The notes under the pieces: model-generated | The model's input: only the letters and a program-made list of their open reading frames with translations | Told to the model about the DNA's origin: nothing | The model's database searches: none | Shown: positions 58,423 to 64,000 of the stretch, in pieces | Layout of the letters: each line of letters opens with the position of its first letter | Numbering within the stretch: the first letter of the stretch is position 1 | Translations under genes and position numbers: made by a program | Source: Tubulanus polymorphus | Lineage: Eukaryota > Animalia > Nemertea | Length of the DNA: 64,000 nucleotides | Assembly: GCF_964204645.1 (NCBI RefSeq) | Contig: NC_134025.1 | Coordinates: forward strand, 16,963,101-17,027,100 | Reading direction: 5' to 3'

Positions 58423-60058
58423 TTTTTAGCATTGGTTGACGTCTATGACGTCATGCCAATGCTAGTAAAATGGATCAAAAATAGTAGTACGAAAAAATAG
58501 CGCCGACTCTTCTCATTTTCATAGTAACTTCAAATTGTCACTCCGTTTACGTAAAACATTAGAAACAGCTGAAAATGACTAAAAAAAATGCTTCAATTAT
58601 TCCCCACAACATAGCGTCGCCAGATTTCTGATTTAATGGTCCAAAAAGTTATTCGATCGCATTTTTCTCGTTCATTATCTGGTAGATCAGAGCGGGTGAA
58701 ACAATCGCGTAGCGATATGTCCGCATTGACATTGGCAATGAAGAATGGGGAACCGCCTCTTCTGAATAGAAAAACATAAAATTATGTACCTCCGGTTTAT
58801 AAATATCACAGTGTTTGGATATCACTGTTATTTCAACTATCAGTATCCATGGGATTATTTGGGATTAATTCTCGGCGTCAGAATACGTATTTCTAGAGCA
58901 GCGGAACGGCAGCCTACTCGTGACTGAAACCCGTATGTGATCGTGCAGGAACGCCTTTACTAAAGTTAAAACCATTTCATGATGACACAAAACGGTAAAC
59001 GTAGGCTACCACCATGATACGATATCACCAATATCATTGTTAAGTACGCCGAGAACAACCATGTTGTATCCATCAGTTGACTGACATTGTAAAATTCGAT
59101 TCGGCTATATTCTAATATAAGTTTTCTTTTTAGGACGCCCTACCCGCCTGCTGCGCACTCATAAGGCAGTAGCACCCTCTTAAGCACTCGGCAGAGATTC
59201 GCTTTGTAATGCGCGCCGGGAAAAAATACATTTTCTTTTCCATGCGTTAAACAACAGTGATTGAATTTACGCGTTGTTTGTCGTAAATTGCAATATTGCG
59301 ATGGTTATTTGCCGCTGCTGTAGTTTTTAGGAATTAAATCGAGCTGCCTCGGTTGCTCAGTGAGATAAGGCGTGATGCTGTTGAATCCACTATCAATGCT
59401 GAGTTAGTGGGTTCGAGTCCTGCTGGCTGCGAACAGTGTGCGGGCAACGCTTCAAAGGCCGTACCGTCGTGAGGTTAAATGAACAATCCGATAGGAATAG
59501 TCTTGGGAAACCAAGATCCAAACGACGTACGTAAAGCCAAACAAACAAAAAGACAAACAAACAATCATCAGCCAGCCTCAGTGACACCAACCCCGGCATC
59601 GCTCTCTGTGACGTTTTGCATGCGTACATGCTTCAGAGCTAGGAGCTCTAAGATCAGAGGGTCTTGCAATTGCATTCAGAAAAATCATTCTGTTTTTGTT
59701 TTCATTATTCAGTGGGGCCTAACCGTTCATGCGTAAAAATGGGTTTTTCTATCCAAATCTTGATTGATATAAATATCTTGGCTGGGACATGATGGAAAAC
59801 ATCAGAATAAACTAGTTTCGTCTTTTTAACAGAATCGCATTAATGAGGTTAAACAGTACAAATAGCCTAGGCTAAATCGTTCGGCAGAAAATAAATTCAT
59901 TTTCAGGAATTAAATCGTACTAGACAAATTAACCTTTAAGTCTGTGGTCCTCCCAATCAACATCGTCATAGAAGATTTGCCGGCAGATGTAAAACATTAT
60001 AACCACTTAATACCACAGTATAATCTACCAATGCTTCAAGGCCCATGGGCCTCTTGTT
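58423..60058 (+). mobile_element. HINE family D nested in family A
   Basis: 5' tttttAGCATTGG...CCAATGCTA, 3' CCAATGCT + AGGCCCATGGGCCT + CTTGTT; part of the body also occurs at about 22665-23050. Confidence 0.85.
59343..59565 (+). mobile_element. tRNA-derived SINE
   Basis: A-box TTGCTCAGTGAG, B-box GGTTCGAGTCC, unrelated body, (AAAC)n tail; a second copy is at 47357. Confidence 0.82.
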
Positions 60059-62336
60059 GAAGTTTTTGAGGGTAATTTTGAAGACGCTTTGATCAATTAC
60101 CTTGATGGTTCGTTTATATTTGAACCCCAAAGGACCCATCAGCTTAAGAAAAATTGGGTCGATCGGGCTCAATATGACCTTCCTATGAACTTTTTAGTGC
60201 CAAAAGTGTCAATTTTGGACGGAATTCTGGGTCCTGTAGCTTCATGTTTGCCATTTCTCAATGCAATTTGTGATGGGTACTCTTTGGAAAGGGATGTTTT
60301 ATACCTGAGACAGGTATTCTTGATAAGCCAATTATGACACAATTGGCAGCCATCTTGGTGTCATCAGTACTCATTCGTAGGTGGGGAAAAAGTTTTTCGA
60401 CATTATATTGATACCTAAGCATATTGTGTTACTACAATCAATTGGAAAGTTGTAGCCCATAACGTTTTCTATGATTTTGGTGAGTTTTCAGGTCATTGGT
60501 TTTTGTATATGGCCACCAGGGAGTGTTGAATAATACAATAACTTAGTATTTCTATATTATATTTGTACCTATGCATATTTTGTAACCACAATCAATTGCA
60601 AAGTTGTAGCTCATGACATCATCTATGATTGTGCTGAGTTTTAAGGATATTAGTTATTCTCTATGGTCACCAGGGGGCGTTGAATAGTAGAATAACTTAG
60701 TATTTCCTTATTAGATTGGTACCTAGGCATATTTTGTTACCATGATCAATGCAAAGTTCTAATTCATGACATGTTTTATGATTGTGGAGAGTTTCAAGGT
60801 CATAGGGTTTTGCATATGGTCACCAAGGGGCGTTGAATAGTAAAGCAACTTAGTATTTCCATATTAGATTGGTAACGTGGCATATTTTGTTATCACAATC
60901 AATAACAAAATCGTAGCTGCTGAAATGTTCTATGATTGTGGTGGGTTTCAAGGTCATTGCTTTTTGTATATGGGTCCAGGGGCGTTGAATATTGAAATTG
61001 TTAGATTGTTGAGCACCACTGAAACCACTTCCCAAGTTGGCATGGTGTCCCTGGACCCCTAGTTTCATGTAGTGTGATCTTTGGGGCAGCTAAAATGGGC
61101 TTTTCTTTTCATGTAAGGATATATTAACAGAAAATGAACATTATCGCCACATAGCCTATACTATCTTAACTATTTTAAAACTTGTTACATCGTTACAATG
61201 TCAATCTTTCTGTAAAACTTTGAATACTGAATCTTCTACTGCGTCATGAAGGTATAAGGCCCGTGGGCCTCTTGTTGTGACCTACTATCAATTTTTTCCA
61301 AAATGTGTGCAAAATTAGAATTAGAGTTACTCAAGAAATACTCAAGTCATGAAGACTATACACAATGCCAACGATAAATTTGAACTAACATTTGGGATAG
61401 TTATTTCTACAAATAAACTTTCAAAGGATGGGGTGATAATTGAACAATCATCAATTGCATTAAATTTAATGGAATTATGAATATATAGGGCAACACCTCC
61501 GCCATGATAGTCATTTCTACTATTGAAAATACCATGATAGTTTTTGGTTTACCTTTGTCAGCGATATGAGGTTGGCATTGAGCCATTCATGTAAAATCGC
61601 GGTACGTTTTTTTATATGAGCATTTGTTTCATTGGTTCTCGGCTTAAACGACGTATAATCGATGCGATTGAAGACATGGAGAACCTCTGTTGATGTACAT
61701 GGTCAACTGAGTTAAAATTCTACGAAAAACTGTTTTTGGCGGGAAAATTCTTAGCTCTCGCGTATAGAATTGCAATGACCTCGATTGGGGGGCGTCGTCT
61801 CCACGAGCGAATGGGATTGGCTGTTTTTGGGATATACGGGGAATTCCGGCGCTACTGAAATAATTATGGGAAAGCCATAGAATGGCGTACGTTTCATTGG
61901 ACTAGGTGCCGTATATGTGCGAATTTTAAATGCTCATTGCTAGTGAGGATGTAATTATTTCACACATCCGCCATAGGTATTGTTTCATTTTAATTCTGTT
62001 TTGATTGACATTGAAGTGTAAGCGAACATTCACTTACACGAGACCTCCACCTGTGCACGCAGAGTGCTACACGACACACACAAGCTCGTACAGTACACTA
62101 CTCAAGGTGATGCTGTAACGCGTGCGCGTTTGACATGAAAATAGGCTGAATAATCGTAGCAGAAGATGAGCGCTGTGTTTTCTGTTTGATAGAATTTGTA
62201 ATGTGACCGGCCTTATTTCCTCTATCGAATGACAGCAACCGATCGATTTCGGGGTTCTGGAGATCCACTTCTACAGCTGTGTTTCGCCGACTCCTCACGG
62301 TCCGAGACCAACAATAGCTAAGACAACGATCGACAA

Positions 62337-62680
62337 ACCTGCGGCAACAGGAATAAACAATATATAAGTTTATTAACACACATAGGTGTTGTCGGTAAGG
62401 ACAACAAACAATGAATAATTCCTATACAACATATCTTATATTAACAATTTAACATTATTTCATATTGATCGAAATGAAACTTTCCAAAGAACCTTCACCT
62501 AACTCACCCTAAACTGACACCACATAAATTCGATTACTCCCGGAATTTACAATTTGTATTATATAAGATACTTATAAAGTTATGGATTTAAACAATATCT
62601 TACCTGCGGCAACAGGAATAAACGATATATAAGTTTATTAACACACATAGGTGTTGTCGGTAAGGACAACAAACAATGAA
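62337..62680 (+). repeat. Direct repeat pair of about 80 bp (about 62337-62415 and 62602-62680)
   Basis: acctgcggcaacaggaataaac(a/g)atatataagtttattaacacacataggtgttgtcggtaaggacaacaaacaatgaa occurs twice. Confidence 0.85.
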
Positions 62681-62991
62681 AAATTGCCGCGAAAAACCAG
62701 AACGCCACCTACTTAGAAAAAGGGTGGCAGCACTGTACGGAACGGTTTCCCCTACAAGTTCACCCGGTTACAGTAATAAATTGTTATTTCTTGTGAAATG
62801 AAAATATTAAGCAGCAAACTAAAAGTATAGGTCGAGGTCTGAATATTGTAGTCGTAAATTCCAGGATTTAAAACGATCTAATAACCGATTTCTTCTGTAC
62901 CGGTATTTTAACTTCCGCAGCCAACATTGGAAGAGGTTTCCATGACCCAATATTCAGCCACCCTCTGATATGTGACATCATATGAATTTTA

Positions 62992-63551
62992 GGCCATCCC
63001 ATATTAATGGTCTGTTTGCCGTTACCCGACCAACGTGACTTCAAAGGTACCGAGTGAAAACTTTTTTTCTCGGATTCATTGAAACAAATTTTATTTTTGA
63101 TAAAAATGGCCAACCGACCCACTGCCTACGTATGAGCTACGTATTATATATGTTTGAATTCAAGTGTGCATCGTGTGAAAACATGCCTTGTCAAAGTTTT
63201 CCAGGAAACTGGCAGTGTTCCAATAAGCTGCCATTCATTCTCATAGTGACACTATATCAAAGCTGGTAACGTAAAACTGCTCACATATTCAATGTACTGT
63301 TTCATTTTTAACACGAAGATGACGCTCTGGACGAAGTTATAATTTTAGAATAATTCTCGAAATCTACGCTATTAGACAAATTTCCCGTGCACAACGTAGA
63401 TGATTTTTGCGATATTGTTTCCATGTAAAAAGGTGATAAATTTGTTTTTTTTGCCCAAAAATTAAGCAAAAAAAATTTTTTCTTACCTAGCGACTCGTCC
63501 TGAAACGTTGAGTCGGTGTTACGGCAAACAGATAATTATTTTGGAATGGCC
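62992..63551. mobile_element. PIF/Harbinger MITE, copy 3
   Basis: TTA TSD, GGCCAT...ATGGCC termini; collinear with 7664-8208. Confidence 0.85.
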
Positions 63552-64000
63552 TTATTTGAATATTTTTTCCATATTGTGAAACATATTTTTTTTGAAAATA
63601 TAAAATAATTTCCCTGCCACGCCTACCTGTACCCTACAAACTTTTGGATGTGGACCGTAACCAAATGTATATCTTTGGTCTTATTTGACTACAAAATAAT
63701 TCTTTCAGTAAGATAAAATACAATATAAACTTGTGGAACTTTGAAGTCACGAATTAAAAAGATTTTTCAAGCAATGCCCTTATTCCAAACAACCTCTAGC
63801 TTTCAAGGTAAACCACACTTTGCCCATGGGCAATTTATCTAGATTGTTTTTAGAGTTGTTATCATGGAAAGATTTGGTCCAGGATTCTGAGATACCAATA
63901 ACACTAAAAACATAATTCAGTGAGTTTAAATATACTTTTAAATCATCAAAATTTTTATTTAGACTTCTAGCATTATTGTGGAATAATGAAAACCTTGATT

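Larger units (their letters stand above)
58158..61064 (+). mobile_element. HINE family A full-length, nested in family E
   Basis: Same termini as 17284-18390; the flanks gatgcattt|tcatgtagtg rejoin as at about 14300-14320. Confidence 0.88.
56797..61276 (+). mobile_element. HINE family E copy 2, with nested families A and D and a SINE
   Basis: tttttACCTTCATGAC...GTCATGAAGGT 5' hairpin; 3' GTCATGAAGGT + AGGCCCGTGGGCCT + CTTGTT. Confidence 0.87.

Noticed and set aside
53909-64000. Further SDCCAG8 exons
   Set aside because: No convincing AG-exon-GT segment with coiled-coil coding was found by eye; the region is largely accounted for by TEs, though a small exon could have been missed.

Overview
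AT-rich animal (invertebrate-like) genomic DNA, not prokaryotic. The backbone is nine internal + strand coding exons of an SDCCAG8 (CCCAP/NPHP10/BBS16) homologue spanning 464-53908. All nine have canonical AG/GT sites and splice in frame, and the gene runs off both ends of the window. Almost everything else is intronic transposon material: many families of non-autonomous Helentron-type elements (HINE/DINE-1-like, often nested in one another), two L2/CR1-group LINE remnants, an L1/Tx1 remnant, a decayed BEL/Pao provirus, a solo LTR, tRNA-derived SINEs, Penelope-like remnants with minimal hammerhead ribozymes, several TIR MITEs, and a 31-bp minisatellite. The most notable object is a 2.15-kb TIR element (27840-29992). 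It carries the start of a gene with a RAG1-N-terminus-like Cys motif and a second, convergent, intron-containing gene. Most short ORFs in the supplied track are spurious translations of repeats. All family assignments come from motif recognition by eye; no database search was run.
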